Below, one piece after another: positions 1 to 11,634 of a stretch of 64,000 nt of DNA (positions are counted from its first letter, which is position 1; each line of letters begins with the position of its first letter). The stretch is from Tetramitus jugosus (taxonomy: Eukaryota; Protista; Heterolobosea), in NCBI GenBank assembly GCA_937625935.1, contig OW569394.1:263524-327523 (forward strand). Direction: 5' to 3'. A program made the translations under genes and the position numbers. The notes under the pieces were generated by a model. It made no database searches, was not told the origin of the DNA, and saw only the letters and a program-made list of their open reading frames with translations.

Positions 1-151
1 TGTGAAGCCAGTGATTGAGTTTATGATTTCGAATGTCATTTATATTGCAATCATTGAATTCATTGCAGGCATGTTTTTCAGGAAACGAAAACGATTTGTG
101 GAGCAACAATCAACAATGCCAGATACCTCTTCATTCTAATGAACATCGTTT

Positions 152-1865
152 TTAGTTTAGACCAAACTGTTTCTGCTGTGCCTCGAGTTTTTGCTTCTCC
201 TTCAAGTATGCCCGATAAGAAACGTCCAGTTTGAACCGAACAAATGTATCATTGTTCATATCACTCATACAAACATTGTCAATGACTAAGAATAGTTCAG
301 GATTGACCCATCTCTCCTTGTGGTTTGACTTGTTCTGGGACTCTTGAAGCAGTCTGGCTTCATACTCCTTAATTTTAGCTTCAATAGGCTCCAAAATTTT
401 GTCCTTGTTTGGTAAATTAAGGAGAAGCGGAGAGTCATCCTTGCAGTACTTTCCTATGATTCTCGTTGCCTCGCGTATCAACAGCTTGTTGTTGGTATTG
501 CTCGCATCAGCAAAATGACAATTGTCCTCATAGAAACACACTGGCTCTACTACGAGAGAAGATGCACAATATTGTTTGTAGAGGGCCCTAAAGGAATCAT
601 CTTCTAGTACCTCTCTAAGTAACGACACTGGTTCCTCTGATAGTTGCTTATTGTTCTTGGGGAAGAACGATTGAATGATGGGCCACAAAGAACTCCAAAC
701 CAAGTCAATCAACAATCCAAACAGGCCGTAGAAGACTGCTGGAAACTTTCCTTCTGCTCTGAGATAAAGGAAATCACTCAAACCTGTCGTTAGCAATGTT
801 GCTGCAAACGTCGCAGAAATTACGACTAATGATACTGTAATCTCGAAGCGCACTCCCCATTTATCCTTAATCTTGAAGATGTACAGCATTACTAACAGAA
901 CAGCCTGGATACAAAGATAAAATACGATCTGAACACCAATTAGAATGGAACGGGCAATGTCCATTCCACAGACGAACCGAAATGCAAACATCTCCTTGAG
1001 ATTCTTCTGACCCGAGTAGGGAATAAACAGTACTACAAACCAAAGGAGAACTTGTACCATCATCACAACAACAAGCACAGGTACTAGAAACTTGTTAGAG
1101 AAGAGAAACTTTTGAATGGCAATAGAGCGGGTCTTTCTCTGATTCGATTTAAGGTCCGTGTCCGTCTCTTGACTTGTATGTCCATCAAATACCGACTCCT
1201 CCATCTCTATCTCCTTAACTAGACTCTTGCGTTCTTGTTGTTTCTTCTTGTGACTCATATTGCCCTTCAACTGGCTGATCCTGAAAATGAAGAAGAGTCG
1301 CCACATTCGAAAGATTGAAGGAAGAAAAAAGTTTGGCACATCTATTGAGAAAACAACTGAATACAAGATGCATGGATATCTCCAGCGTCCAACTCCCAAT
1401 CGAACTGCAAACCCTCCAGTTAGTGATCCGAGTTACTCGACAACAAGTGTAAACTAAACTCACTGAAAAAAACCTACCTACAGATGTCACTACGATCACA
1501 AACTGAGATACAACCGTTAGAATCATCAACAGATGATTTCTTGCCTTGATAGGTTGCTTGTTTCGTCTCCATATCAACAGAATAATCAGCATTGGAGTCA
1601 CTAGAGCATAGAAACTAACAAAGAGCCATGAGAGTACTGGCGAGCTCCATGCATCTCTGTTTACACAAAAAGGTTAACATTGCCTATTCTACTGCAGCAT
1701 TTACGAAACACTTTGTGCCACAATGGCTGCGCTACTCTGCTGACATGTCAACACATACCTGTTCAACTCAACCATCTTTCCAGTGATTGTAGTATAGTTG
1801 TACGCTTCATTCCATCCATCTCTCCATGATAATACTCCATCCATATGGTTCGTTTCAGAGTACAT
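152..1865 (-). CDS. Multi-TM (GPCR-like) protein with C-terminal RGS domain; 3 exons
   Basis: Hydrophobic helices followed by an RGS-like segment (LREVLEDDSFRALYKQYC...EPVCFY...IIGKY...PLLLNL...TFVRF). Inferred ATG at 1865; introns ~1757-1657 (GTATGT...CAG) and ~1477-1414 (GTAGGT...CTAAC...AG) join ORFs 1215..1601 and 152..1399. Confidence 0.75.
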
Positions 1866-2206
1866 CTTCTTTCTTTGTGTCAGTTGTTTGTGTTACTCGT
1901 TTATCTTGGAATCTAAGAGCAATGATAATGTGAAACGTATGCTCGAGGAATAGACAATGTGCCCTGTGGGGATTGGCCCTCCAAGAGCCAACAGCATGCT
2001 TGCCCTCTTTTAGCAATTTGCTACCGAACGGGTGTCAAAGGACTCTGGAACTATGAGCGGAAAATCAGAGGAAAACGGAGGACACAAGAAACATGCGCAG
2101 TCGCAGCACTTTGGAAGGTGCGAGGTGCCATGTGAGTCACATCTGTGGGTTAACCATACGAAAGTCGACGCTTTATTCAGATATTCGGCCGAACCACTGG
2201 AATGCG

Positions 2207-3499
2207 TCATGTGTCTTCATCGTCAGAGAAGGCACAGACTACAGTCACATCGCACAAAAGTTGGCCCAGGCGCAACATGTTGAGGGTGCTCCTCTGTAAC
2301 GAGCGCTTTACAACAGCTTGATGTATAATTGTTGTAAAGTAAGAGCCTGTCAATTGAACAAAGGTGTTTTCGTCCTGATCAATCTTCGGCCGAAAGCTCA
2401 ACTCCTCGGGTGCCATTTGATGATCGTGACCTTCTGACACCTTGTACACGGTCTTTCCAGAGCGAACGTACATTCGGACTTGTCCAGCGCCTATTTGATT
2501 CACTGGACCCAACGAGTGCAAAGTAACAATCTTTGATTCATATCCACCCAAGTGAACCAATCCATCTGCATCGAGAGCAATGTACCTCATCCAAGAACAA
2601 CAAACATCGATAACAGGTACCTTATGTAGAGTTTCTACATGCATAAAGTCTTCTTTTACTCCTGCTGCAGTGAACAAAGTACCCTTGTAATCCAACAGAA
2701 CTGAAAACGCTTCTCCTCCATCGATTTTCTTGCATTGGAAATCGACCGGACTCCTGTCAAGTGTCTCTGGATGAATATAATGCATGAGTGATAGGTTTGG
2801 ATCCATTTGTTCTCCGAGTGACACACCTCGATGAGAGTTAGACTGTCCCAAATAGTACATTTTCATCGTGATTTGGTCTTGCATGAGTAAAAATCGATTG
2901 CCACATCCCATCTTGTATATTCGATAGTCATCATGCATGATGACTTCTCTGGGCTCAAGTTTAGTCTTGGATCGCTTGCTTTGGTCACTTGCAATAAAAT
3001 ACTGAATAATCTTGTCCCTGAACTGCCGAACAAGGTTACCACAAGTGAACACTTTTCCCTTGTCACTCAAGAAGGCAGAGAACCATCCACCAGCTCCCAC
3101 ATACTCAATCCTCTGATCTTCAATCACTCCCTGGACCAGCGTAGGATGCCTTGTCTTTGTACAATGACCCAGACCCAACTGTCCATCATCGTTGTCACCC
3201 AGTGTCCAACACCTACCATTAAACTCCAATAGAATGACGTGCAAAGAGCCGCATGCAACTTGTTTAATGTGCCTCTGACCTTGACTCATTAGCCACTGTT
3301 CTCCTTCATGATCCACAGTATAGCCATCTTGTCGTACCTTGACCTCTTCAGTCTCATGATCGAACTCCCTTCCCAGCACAGTCAAACAAGTTGACTGTAT
3401 GTCGGGTGACCACAGTTCACCAGATTCCCCTCTACCCATACCTAACAGTACGGAAGTACCAGGTATTATATCATTGGTTGTTTCTCCTTGGACGTGCAT
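2207..3499 (-). CDS. RCC1-repeat beta-propeller protein
   Basis: RCC1 motifs IKQVACGSLHVILL...GDNDDGQLGLG and VGAGGWFSAFLSDKGKVFTCG. Confidence 0.85.
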   Translation of the reverse strand: MHVQGETTNDIIPGTSVLLGMGRGESGELWSPDIQSTCLTVLGREFDHETEEVKVRQDGYTVDHEGEQWLMSQGQRHIKQVACGSLHVILLEFNGRCWTLGDNDDGQLGLGHCTKTRHPTLVQGVIEDQRIEYVGAGGWFSAFLSDKGKVFTCGNLVRQFRDKIIQYFIASDQSKRSKTKLEPREVIMHDDYRIYKMGCGNRFLLMQDQITMKMYYLGQSNSHRGVSLGEQMDPNLSLMHYIHPETLDRSPVDFQCKKIDGGEAFSVLLDYKGTLFTAAGVKEDFMHVETLHKVPVIDVCCSWMRYIALDADGLVHLGGYESKIVTLHSLGPVNQIGAGQVRMYVRSGKTVYKVSEGHDHQMAPEELSFRPKIDQDENTFVQLTGSYFTTIIHQAVVKRSLQRSTLNMLRLGQLLCDVTVVCAFSDDEDT

Positions 3500-3610
3500 T
3501 CCACTTCTTTTGTTTTCAACTTTTGTCCCACAAGGATGTTCTGAACTTGGTCGTAGAATTAAAGAGAGCGAAAAATATTTATTTTTGGGTTCTACGAGAA
3601 AACTGGCACG

Positions 3611-6373
3611 TTAGTGTGGTGCCGAAAAGTCACGAGCCTTGTTAGGGCCCAACCTTTTGTACAAAACAAAACCGAACACTCCTGTGATGACCAATACAAC
3701 GATGACAACCGCAGCCGCAGACAATCCAATGACTGCCTTGGCCCAAGTTGGTAGCTTTTTGCGAGGACAACCACATGGATTGGTACAAGTTCCAGAGTAA
3801 TTGTTGGTTTCATCTTCTGTGGCCGATTGGACATAGTCCAGAGAGATGGCATGAGTCACAGGTTCGTGACACAGACATGAGACTGAGTTTGAATCAGGCA
3901 CAACTGCAGTTCGGCAAACTTGAGTATCTATCTGCCAAGTTTGTGTCTCTGGGATATAGAACTTGCAGATGAAGGAATAAGAGGTCGAGTTCACTGGTAT
4001 CGATTGAGTCACACCCATTGTTGTAGTGAACACTGGATCAACACTGCCTGTTCTCAAAATTTGCTGTTGAGAGTCCTTGTATAGTGTGAGGGACACTGTA
4101 GGTGACACAATTTTGCTGTTGCACTTGTTGTTGTACTCCTCTGGTGGATCTGATAGTACTTGACCCTGAACATGAATTGGAGCAGTATCACCACCAATGT
4201 TACTTGTATTTACCTCGACAACAATCGGCTCTTCAGCACTGCTCAACCGGAGTGCTCTGGACTTCTTGCCATCTGATGGCTTTGGAATGGTTAGAGTGAC
4301 ATTGGGACTAGTCACACTTGTTTTTGCCATGACAGTCTCCAAGTTGTGCATTGAAAGACTAGTTTGTTGACCTTCTACCAAACTGGATCGTACCTTGGTA
4401 GACACTTCATCCACTAAGCCGATAAAAGAACTCTTCTGTTCTGTGTCACTCTTCTTATCAATCATAACAGTGGCAAGATTCTGAGTAGCTGCAATTGCTT
4501 GATCCAACACATCGGAAATATCAGCTCCCTTGATCGTATCCGTCAAAACTCCAGTTGATTGAAGTGTCGCAGTTTTCTTGAATCGCTTCACCTCATTGGA
4601 CAACAACTTAACGTTTTGAATCTTCTTTTCAGCAGTAAGTCCATCCCTACGCTGATCAATCGTATTCACAACATCTGAAATGATGTTTTGTGTTTTTGAA
4701 CTACTCAATGTTGCTGCAATGGTTGTCGTAGCAGAAGACAACACTGTCAATCCAGATTCCAAGTCGGCTCCTGTGGCTGTCTTCAACTGCTCCTGTTTAT
4801 CACCGACGGCCGATGACAATTCACCAGATGACAATGCAGTTACCTCAACAGTATCTTGCATCTCGATTGAGTGACCAGATGCTGAACGACCTTGAACGAT
4901 CAAAGTGATGGTTCCAGTGGTGGGCAACGCTGTCTTGAACGTGTTTGTCGAGGAGAATGAATTGATGAACACAACTTCATTCATCGATGGATCCACGTAA
5001 CCGAAACGATACTCTAACGTATCAAGACTTTCTGTTGGTTTCCAATTCTTTGCCTCCAATGTGAACGTATCGACCAATAGCTTTCCACTCTTGGGATTAA
5101 CGTCCAAAGTGCCCATCACTGGCGCAACACTCGAATGAAAATTCAAGTACGAGTAGACGGCATTGTTAGGGTACATTTTGAGTGACATTTTGAATCTTAA
5201 TCGATAACTTGTGTTCTCCTTCAATGAATTTGGCATGACTGAGAGGAATCTCGAGTCGATACCTGTTCCCGAAGTTGTACTAATCGATACAGATGTATTG
5301 GTCAAAGATTCAACCAATGACCACTCAAAATTCAATGTATTGTACTCGTCCATTGGTTCAATAGTTGCCTCTGCCTTCAACAATGTTTGTAAATTGAAGA
5401 ATTGAGGTGCAAAAACAAGATTTGAACTCAAGGAGATGGTCATTGGCTTTTGACACTTGGAACCAGTGAAACCCGTATCACAAATACAGTGTGTAAAATA
5501 ATCGTCGCAGTCACCACGATTCGAACAAGTCACTGTTCGATTGACACATGTAATGTAAGGTCGAACTTTGAGTGTAACCATCTCTGATGAATAATAAAAT
5601 TCAGTGAGAGAAGACCAAACAATACCATCAGCATAGCTCGTTGTCGTTCCATTCAAGTACAATCCGTTCAAATTGGACGAATGACAAGATCTATACCACC
5701 AAGCTCCCTTAAAAGCTTTAGCACAATTGATAGTACCTCGATCATAGGTTGAAAATGGCATTCCGTTGTGATACGATAGAGAATCTCCAGCGCAGGGTCT
5801 TTTGATACATCTTGAAGTTCCTGACTGTAACGTGTAGTTGGTAGGTGGTGGACCCACACCAAATTCAGTGTAATCCTGAGTGTACATTTGACCCTTGAAG
5901 GCCACCTCTACCCGTAAATGGTGATTGTAAGGATGATTGTCCAACCCCGCCACGGAATACAATTTTCCGAGTCCGAGCCAATGAGAGTTGGTCACGTTGC
6001 CAAATCCAGCATCATACGAACTGTAGTTGCGATAAAATGAGACGTTGAAACCCATGGAAGGTTCCCTTTGCTGGAAAAGTGTCCAACCAGAGAATCCAAA
6101 GGCATCTACATCGTCCATGTCGCAAAAAGCTTCAAAAATATTGCTGTTGCTATCTGTCAACCAATACACTCCAGAAATACTGCTTGCATCGGAGCGATGA
6201 ATAGCAAAGCAAGAACTGGCGGGGTTATTTAAGGCGCCAAGTGGGTCAACCGGCAGAACAGCTTCAACTTGACCTGAGAGATTCTGAAGCTGATGGAGGC
6301 TCATGAGCAGTAGAGTCATAGTCATGGCAACTACAATGAACTTTGTAAACAATGAAAGTCTTGTTCTCTGCAT
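3611..6373 (-). CDS. Type I membrane protein: fibrinogen C-terminal domain + EGF + REJ/PKD-like + GAIN/GPS-like + single TM
   Basis: Signal peptide; FReD motifs (GWTLFQQR, HWLGL, FSTYD, GAWWYRSCHSSNLNG); EGF (CSNRGDC...CICDTGFTGSKC); REJ-like (FTLEAKNW...LEYRFGY); GPS-like (CKFY...W...C...CLCH); C-terminal TM. Confidence 0.8.
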   Translation of the reverse strand: MQRTRLSLFTKFIVVAMTMTLLLMSLHQLQNLSGQVEAVLPVDPLGALNNPASSCFAIHRSDASSISGVYWLTDSNSNIFEAFCDMDDVDAFGFSGWTLFQQREPSMGFNVSFYRNYSSYDAGFGNVTNSHWLGLGKLYSVAGLDNHPYNHHLRVEVAFKGQMYTQDYTEFGVGPPPTNYTLQSGTSRCIKRPCAGDSLSYHNGMPFSTYDRGTINCAKAFKGAWWYRSCHSSNLNGLYLNGTTTSYADGIVWSSLTEFYYSSEMVTLKVRPYITCVNRTVTCSNRGDCDDYFTHCICDTGFTGSKCQKPMTISLSSNLVFAPQFFNLQTLLKAEATIEPMDEYNTLNFEWSLVESLTNTSVSISTTSGTGIDSRFLSVMPNSLKENTSYRLRFKMSLKMYPNNAVYSYLNFHSSVAPVMGTLDVNPKSGKLLVDTFTLEAKNWKPTESLDTLEYRFGYVDPSMNEVVFINSFSSTNTFKTALPTTGTITLIVQGRSASGHSIEMQDTVEVTALSSGELSSAVGDKQEQLKTATGADLESGLTVLSSATTTIAATLSSSKTQNIISDVVNTIDQRRDGLTAEKKIQNVKLLSNEVKRFKKTATLQSTGVLTDTIKGADISDVLDQAIAATQNLATVMIDKKSDTEQKSSFIGLVDEVSTKVRSSLVEGQQTSLSMHNLETVMAKTSVTSPNVTLTIPKPSDGKKSRALRLSSAEEPIVVEVNTSNIGGDTAPIHVQGQVLSDPPEEYNNKCNSKIVSPTVSLTLYKDSQQQILRTGSVDPVFTTTMGVTQSIPVNSTSYSFICKFYIPETQTWQIDTQVCRTAVVPDSNSVSCLCHEPVTHAISLDYVQSATEDETNNYSGTCTNPCGCPRKKLPTWAKAVIGLSAAAVVIVVLVITGVFGFVLYKRLGPNKARDFSAPH

Positions 6374-6857
6374 TTTTACTTTCTGATATGGTTGGACGGT
6401 GTGCTGTGTCTAAGAATTTAAACTTGGATGTCAAAAACGCACACTAGAGAGAGTAGAGCTAATTCAAGAAGAGTTGTCTTTTCGATTGGGGGTCTATCTG
6501 ATTGGTTTTGTTTTTCAAACGAAACGAATGGAAAGACAAGAAATTCCACAGCCACGCCACACCTCCCAGGTGTGTGAGTTTGTAGTGTAAAGACCAAAGT
6601 TTGTCTTATGAGTGTCTTCTCCTCCCCTTAAAGTTCTTATGTAGTCAATCCCTAACACATCATGTGTCGTAGATGACAACTAGTCGGAGTATTATTGACG
6701 CTTGACTTCAGGCATCAAAAAATCCCGCGAAGACCTATCATTGATTCCACCAAAATTGCATTTTCCAATAACGCCGCCACTGCGCAAAACCACCAAAACA
6801 AATTGTTCTTCAAAAAAAAAAATTTGAAAAAAATCAGAGAAAGGCAACGCACATACC

Positions 6858-7826
6858 ATGGGAAATAAAATTAACAGTCAAATCAACCAGCTAAGAAATA
6901 TCAATGTCACACTCAAACTAGATCTCGATAATTGTGATGTGACTGATAAGCACTTGGTCAAAATGTCTGAAATGTTGAGACCGAACAGAGGATGTTATGA
7001 ACTTCATTTGAAACAGAATTGGTTCACAGCCGAAGGATTGAAGCACCTCGGAGATGCACTTGCAGTGAACAAGGGATTGAAGAGACTTTATTTGGGTAGT
7101 AATCCACAGATGGGTGATCAAGGATGCATTACCCTTGCTTCAGCACGTATGTTGTTGTGACATTTGAATGTACTTTGGAGTCGCACGATTCGTTCGGATT
7201 TTTTGGCAGTTGACTGACGTGAATTTTTCCGTTTGCTTCCGATCCGAAAATGGATTTTTTTTTGCCGCGTGAACGGTTTTTTTTTGTTGTTTACAGTCAA
7301 GAGATCGACGACGTTGGGCGTGTTGGATTTGGCTTCGTGTGGCATTGGAGCCGGTGGTGCAAAAGCTTTGGGTCAAGCTCTCTCATTGAACAAGTCTCTA
7401 CACACATTGTACTTGAATGAGAATCCAGCCATTGGTTCAGAAGGTATCAAGGATCTCTGTGAAGGCTTAACTGAAAATCAAAGACTAAAAATTGTTGATG
7501 TTGGTAATTGTAACATTGGTGATATGGGATGTATCGCCATATCTGAATGGGTCTCTCAAACAAGTATCGTGGAGCAACTTTACTTGAGAAAGAATGAAAT
7601 TACGGCTAGAGGTTCAACGGCACTTGCCAATGCTCTTGCTACAAAGAATAGAAGCTTGAAGCTATTGAATTTGGATTATAATCAGATTGGAGATGAGGGA
7701 GCTCGTCCGTTCATGCTTGTCATCAGAGAAAATGATAAAATTGAAAAGATTGAGTTTGATGATAAGAGTATATCAGATGAATGGAAACAAGAGTTCCAGA
7801 CACGTTTGGCGCGAAAACAGGCGTAA
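6858..7826 (+). CDS. RNI-like leucine-rich repeat protein (NLRC3-like LRRs); 2 exons
   Basis: LxLxxNxIGxxGxxxL repeats in ORFs 6858..7160 and 7233..7826; intron GTATGT (7147) to TTACAG (7276). Confidence 0.85.
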
Positions 7827-7903
7827 AGTTGAAACGTTCTGTTTTTTTTGTAAAGTTGTATTTTGTAAAAAAACTGTTTTATTCTTTAAGTGTGTTGGTT
7901 AGT

Positions 7904-8398
7904 TTACAATGGATGTTGTTGGTGTTCTTCTCTGTTCAATTTTGCTTCTAAATTCTCCTCCACTTTTTCTCTCTTTTGACTGTTTCTCCTTGAAGGATAA
8001 CTGTTTCGCACTGTTTCTTCAATCTTGTCCTCAATTTCACTTCTCATCCAAGAGGCAGTGTCCAGATCAGACGAGTACTTTTCTAGTTCTGCCATTGCTT
8101 GTTTACGCTCCTTCTTATCCATGTCTAGTCCTTCTTGAATGTGACCGTTGTGATCCTTTCTCTTGACTCCGGCGTCTTTTGCGTGGTCAACCTTGTCTTG
8201 ATGAATAGAAGATGGTTGTTGAATGACAGTTTCTTCTTCTTCTTCGACCCAGTGATTGTCATGTGTCGCATAGGTAGAATCACAAATATTCCTCTTTGCG
8301 AGACATTGTAATGGAGTTTGTTTGAGAGAGGTCTGGGAACCGCGTCGAAGCAATTGATTCACAATTGTAGAGTATTGTAACTTGTTTCTTGGAAGCAT
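7904..8398 (-). CDS. Hypothetical protein, possibly mitochondrion-targeted
   Basis: ATG at 8398 (MLPRNKLQYSTIVNQLLRR). R/S/L-rich, acid-free N-terminus, then a charged region. Confidence 0.5.
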   Translation of the reverse strand: MLPRNKLQYSTIVNQLLRRGSQTSLKQTPLQCLAKRNICDSTYATHDNHWVEEEEETVIQQPSSIHQDKVDHAKDAGVKRKDHNGHIQEGLDMDKKERKQAMAELEKYSSDLDTASWMRSEIEDKIEETVRNSYPSRRNSQKREKVEENLEAKLNREEHQQHPL

Positions 8399-8668
8399 TT
8401 TGATGAATGAATAACTTTGAACGTTGTTTTGATACAAATTTATGTGATCCCGATTTTATGTGATGATCTCACAAAACGAAACGTTGTATCGACATGTTTA
8501 TTTTTGGTACATACTCGTTGAAAAATACACTTGATAATACAGGAGTTTCTTCGAAGTAGTTGTAGCAACTTTTGAAGTAATAATTCGTTGTAAAATTACT
8601 CCATCTAACTTTACTAGATAGGATTTTTCCTTCATCATATCTGCAATACAGTTTGTACTGCTCTCTGT

Positions 8669-10036
8669 CTACGAATTTCCAAGAGTTTGATAAATGCTTT
8701 GTTGAGCTTCACTCGACGCCGAAAAACGTGTCATGATAACACGTATCATTTCCCTTGTTTCATTGACCTTTGTCATTGAATCCTGCATCTGTTGCATCTG
8801 CTCACTCAACAAACGATCGTGTTTACCAAGTGCCTTGATGAGATCCGTTTCTTGAGCCAAACGAATTTCATTCTCGTTCATACGAGCCATTCGATGTCTC
8901 TGTTGTTCCCTTCTCTGATCCATTTTTTGCTTGAGCTTGTATTGACTACTGAGCTCACCAAACTTTCTTCCAATAATCATGGACGGTAGCGCAATGACCA
9001 ACACGCCCACAACAATGGAAGCACCACCCACGAGCTTACCTAGAGCACTTGTTGGAATCATGTCACCATAACCTGTTGTGGTCATACTAACAATGGCCCA
9101 CCAAGCACAAATAGGAATGTTTTGAAAGGGTGAAACAGTGCCATTAGACAAGACAAACTGACGAGTTTTTGCATCAAATTTTCCCCTCTCCAAATAATAA
9201 ATCAGAGTAGAGGCAATGAGCAGTGCAATGAGTAGATACATGAGTATCGCACCCAACACATCCATGCTCTTGCTAATAGCTAACAACAAGAGCTGAACTT
9301 GAGTGATACGAATGAGTCGAAACACTCTAAACAGTCTTAACACACGAAAGATACCAATGTTAATCTTTGAGTGAAAAGCAAAGCTTGCCAAGTCCAGAAT
9401 TACCTCGACATAAAAGGGAACAAATGACAATAGGTCAATAACGTTCATGGGGCCTTTGACAAACTTCCAAACTTGAGTCAATGAGTCACAAGTAGCATAC
9501 AGACGCAACAAGTACTCTAGAGTGAAGAAACCAACAATCACAGCTTCAGCTATCCACCATGCCTTGTTATTGTACTGTGAGGGAAAGCTTTCCACAACTA
9601 GGAAAGCAACCGACAACAAAATCACAAGCACAACGAGACAGCCCCAAATCGTAGCGAGCCACGAACTGCGCGGTCGCTCTAAAATGTCCGCTAAAGCCCC
9701 CTTGAATTTTACGTAGCGGGCCGCCAACGTTCTGGTGCGCGGATTTGAGTTCGCGTAAGATTCTCCGCCGTCGTCAAAACTATTTTCCCTGCTGCCACCA
9801 TCCTCCAAGCCGTGCTCATTTCTCCTGCTGCTTCCACCATGGTGACCTCCACCACGTCTACTCCCTCCTGTTTCATCATCAATAATGGAAGCTAAGTTTC
9901 GATCAATGGACATTCTAGAGGGTACATAGACTTCACCATCAGCAAAATCGATGCCAGACACAATTACACTGTCGTCATCAATGGCACTGTCGTTTCTGCC
10001 ATGATGATGATGATGAGTCAGGTGGTTGTTTGTCAT
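8669..10036 (-). CDS. Voltage-gated K+ channel (6TM, Shaker-like core, no T1 domain evident)
   Basis: S4 RVLRLFRVFRLIR; pore WWAIVSMTTTGYGD; S6 GVLVIALP; C-terminal coiled coil. First ATG at 10036. Confidence 0.92.
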   Translation of the reverse strand: MTNNHLTHHHHHGRNDSAIDDDSVIVSGIDFADGEVYVPSRMSIDRNLASIIDDETGGSRRGGGHHGGSSRRNEHGLEDGGSRENSFDDGGESYANSNPRTRTLAARYVKFKGALADILERPRSSWLATIWGCLVVLVILLSVAFLVVESFPSQYNNKAWWIAEAVIVGFFTLEYLLRLYATCDSLTQVWKFVKGPMNVIDLLSFVPFYVEVILDLASFAFHSKINIGIFRVLRLFRVFRLIRITQVQLLLLAISKSMDVLGAILMYLLIALLIASTLIYYLERGKFDAKTRQFVLSNGTVSPFQNIPICAWWAIVSMTTTGYGDMIPTSALGKLVGGASIVVGVLVIALPSMIIGRKFGELSSQYKLKQKMDQRREQQRHRMARMNENEIRLAQETDLIKALGKHDRLLSEQMQQMQDSMTKVNETREMIRVIMTRFSASSEAQQSIYQTLGNS

Positions 10037-10101
10037 GAAATGTTTTTGTTCGTTTTTTGAATGCGCGGGAATTTTTGGCAATATTTTTTGAGCGGGATAA
10101 A

Positions 10102-10221
10102 AGCCTACATTACTGAGGGTTCTCGAGTAGTCTCCTATCTCAATACTAACTCAGCCAGATGGTGCTTAACTTCTCTATTCGAAATGGGAAGAGGTGGTTC
10201 CACCATTGTATGAACGTAGAC
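10102..10221 (-). rRNA. 5S rRNA
   Basis: Minus strand GTCTACGTTCATAC...CCCATTTCGAATAGAGAAGTTAAGC...GTTAGTATTGAGATAGGAGACT...GAACCCTCAGTAATGTAGGC followed by TTTT. About 120 nt, helix I pairs, conserved 5S internal boxes. Confidence 0.93.
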
Positions 10222-10247
10222 ACTCTAAAGAAGAAAATGAGCGTTTT

Positions 10248-10259
10248 TGGTTCGCGAAG
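10248..10259 (-). promoter_or_regulatory. Putative Pol III upstream element TGGTTCGCGAAG (identical copy at 10597-10608)
   Basis: Exact 12-bp duplicate. One copy is 27-38 nt upstream of the 5S start; the other is upstream of the candidate ncRNA. Confidence 0.45.
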
Positions 10260-10263
10260 GAAA

Positions 10264-10556
10264 GTCTAGCCGTAACTGAACTGCTTAGGAATGATGAGCA
10301 TAGAAACGGACGCCATCATGGAGGTCGCTGATGGTCTTATGTCTGGAGGAATGAAGAAGCCACTGGCACAGAAGAAAGCCAAAACATATGTTAATAGTGT
10401 CAAGAGGAGATATCTTAAGACTCTTCACCACCTGTTCACTACAACGAAGGATAAGTGTAATCAACGACAATGACGCTCTCCGAGAATCATTGCCTACCAA
10501 CTGGTAACTAACCAGGGCCTACGCTCTTCGAGCGTAGGCAAGTGAATAAGCAAGAC
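10264..10556. ncRNA. Candidate structured ncRNA (~290 nt), family unassigned
   Basis: Terminal stem GTCTAGC/GCAAGAC, nested helices, perfect 10-bp hairpin at 10517-10539, upstream TATA-like element and a 12-bp motif shared with the 5S upstream region. Confidence 0.4.
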
Positions 10557-10699
10557 AATAAAAAGAGCAACCGAAATGGTTGTATTTAAAAAAAAATGGT
10601 TCGCGAAGAGATATTTGTCAAAGATTTTTCATTTTGTGAAGTGTATACTCATTTGTTTTGCAAGCAATGAGATGACTTGAAGGAGCAATTCAACACATT

Positions 10700-11500
10700 C
10701 GACTTGATCATATCAAGCATGCATTTTGATTCACACGTGTGAATGCCTGTCAAGTAAGCAAGTGCATTGTCAGCCATTCGAGTGCAACGACCCATATCAA
10801 GTGTGAATGCTTGTCAAATTAGAAACTCCATCATCAGTGATTTGAGTGCAACCATTTATATCGAGTGTGTGAATGCCAGTCAAAAAAGAAAGTCCCAGGT
10901 TTGCGATTGGCAGTATTTCATCTCAAGGACATGAGTTCCATTCAAGTGAGAAAAGGCATCGTCTGAGACTTGCCAACAATAATTCATAGAGAGCGTTCTA
11001 ATACTTTCAAGTAAGAGAAAAGGCTCGATCTGTGATTTGATCACAAATATCCACATCAAGTGTGTGAATACCAACTAACCAAACAAAGGCATCATCAGTA
11101 ATGTTTTTAGCACCACTCATGTTGAGTGTGTGGATGCCCACCAGAAATGGAAGGTGCTCATCTGTCACTTTCAGATTACTCTCTGCCAAGTCAAAATTGA
11201 ACAGTGATCCTTTTGTTAATTGAAACCCGTTTTCAATTTCTTGTTCATTCAAAGTTCTTCTTAGGTTCTCTTCTTGTTGTACATGACCATTCGATTGAAA
11301 TGGAATTGATTCATTTCCTTACAAGTGTAACTCAATTTCAATGATTTTTGACCACGTAACTTTTTGACCCATAAGATGACAACAAGTTGCAAGACGAGGA
11401 AACCACAAAACAACCATGATTCGTGAGAGACATCGTCTTCTGCTTTTTGGTTCACCCCGAAGCCTCTGCAACAACTCGTCCTACATCCACTCACCTCTGC
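10700..11500 (-). pseudogene. Degenerate LRR (F-box/AMN1-type) gene
   Basis: GIHTL(N/D)M..C.QITD.AF repeats are split across frames (11007..11252, 10880..11074) with stops. Confidence 0.65.
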
Positions 11501-11634
11501 CGGTGTCTGAGTTGATCTTCCTCAACAGTCAAGTGTATATCTTCGAAAAACAACGTTTCAAACCCTTATGAAGCAAAAACAAACGGCCGCGCGAATCGGC
11601 GCGCGCTGTAGTCAAACGTTTTGTAATACATCGA

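Noticed and set aside
10291-10473. 60-aa ORF with GGMKKPL resembling TMA7
   Set aside because: Similarity is limited to 7 residues; the rest does not match.
10264-10556. Telomerase RNA, SRP RNA, U3 or snRNA identity for the structured region
   Set aside because: No CCCAAA template on either strand; no SRP helix-8 CAGG/GNRA/AGCA; no U3 A/A' boxes or snRNA signatures found by eye.
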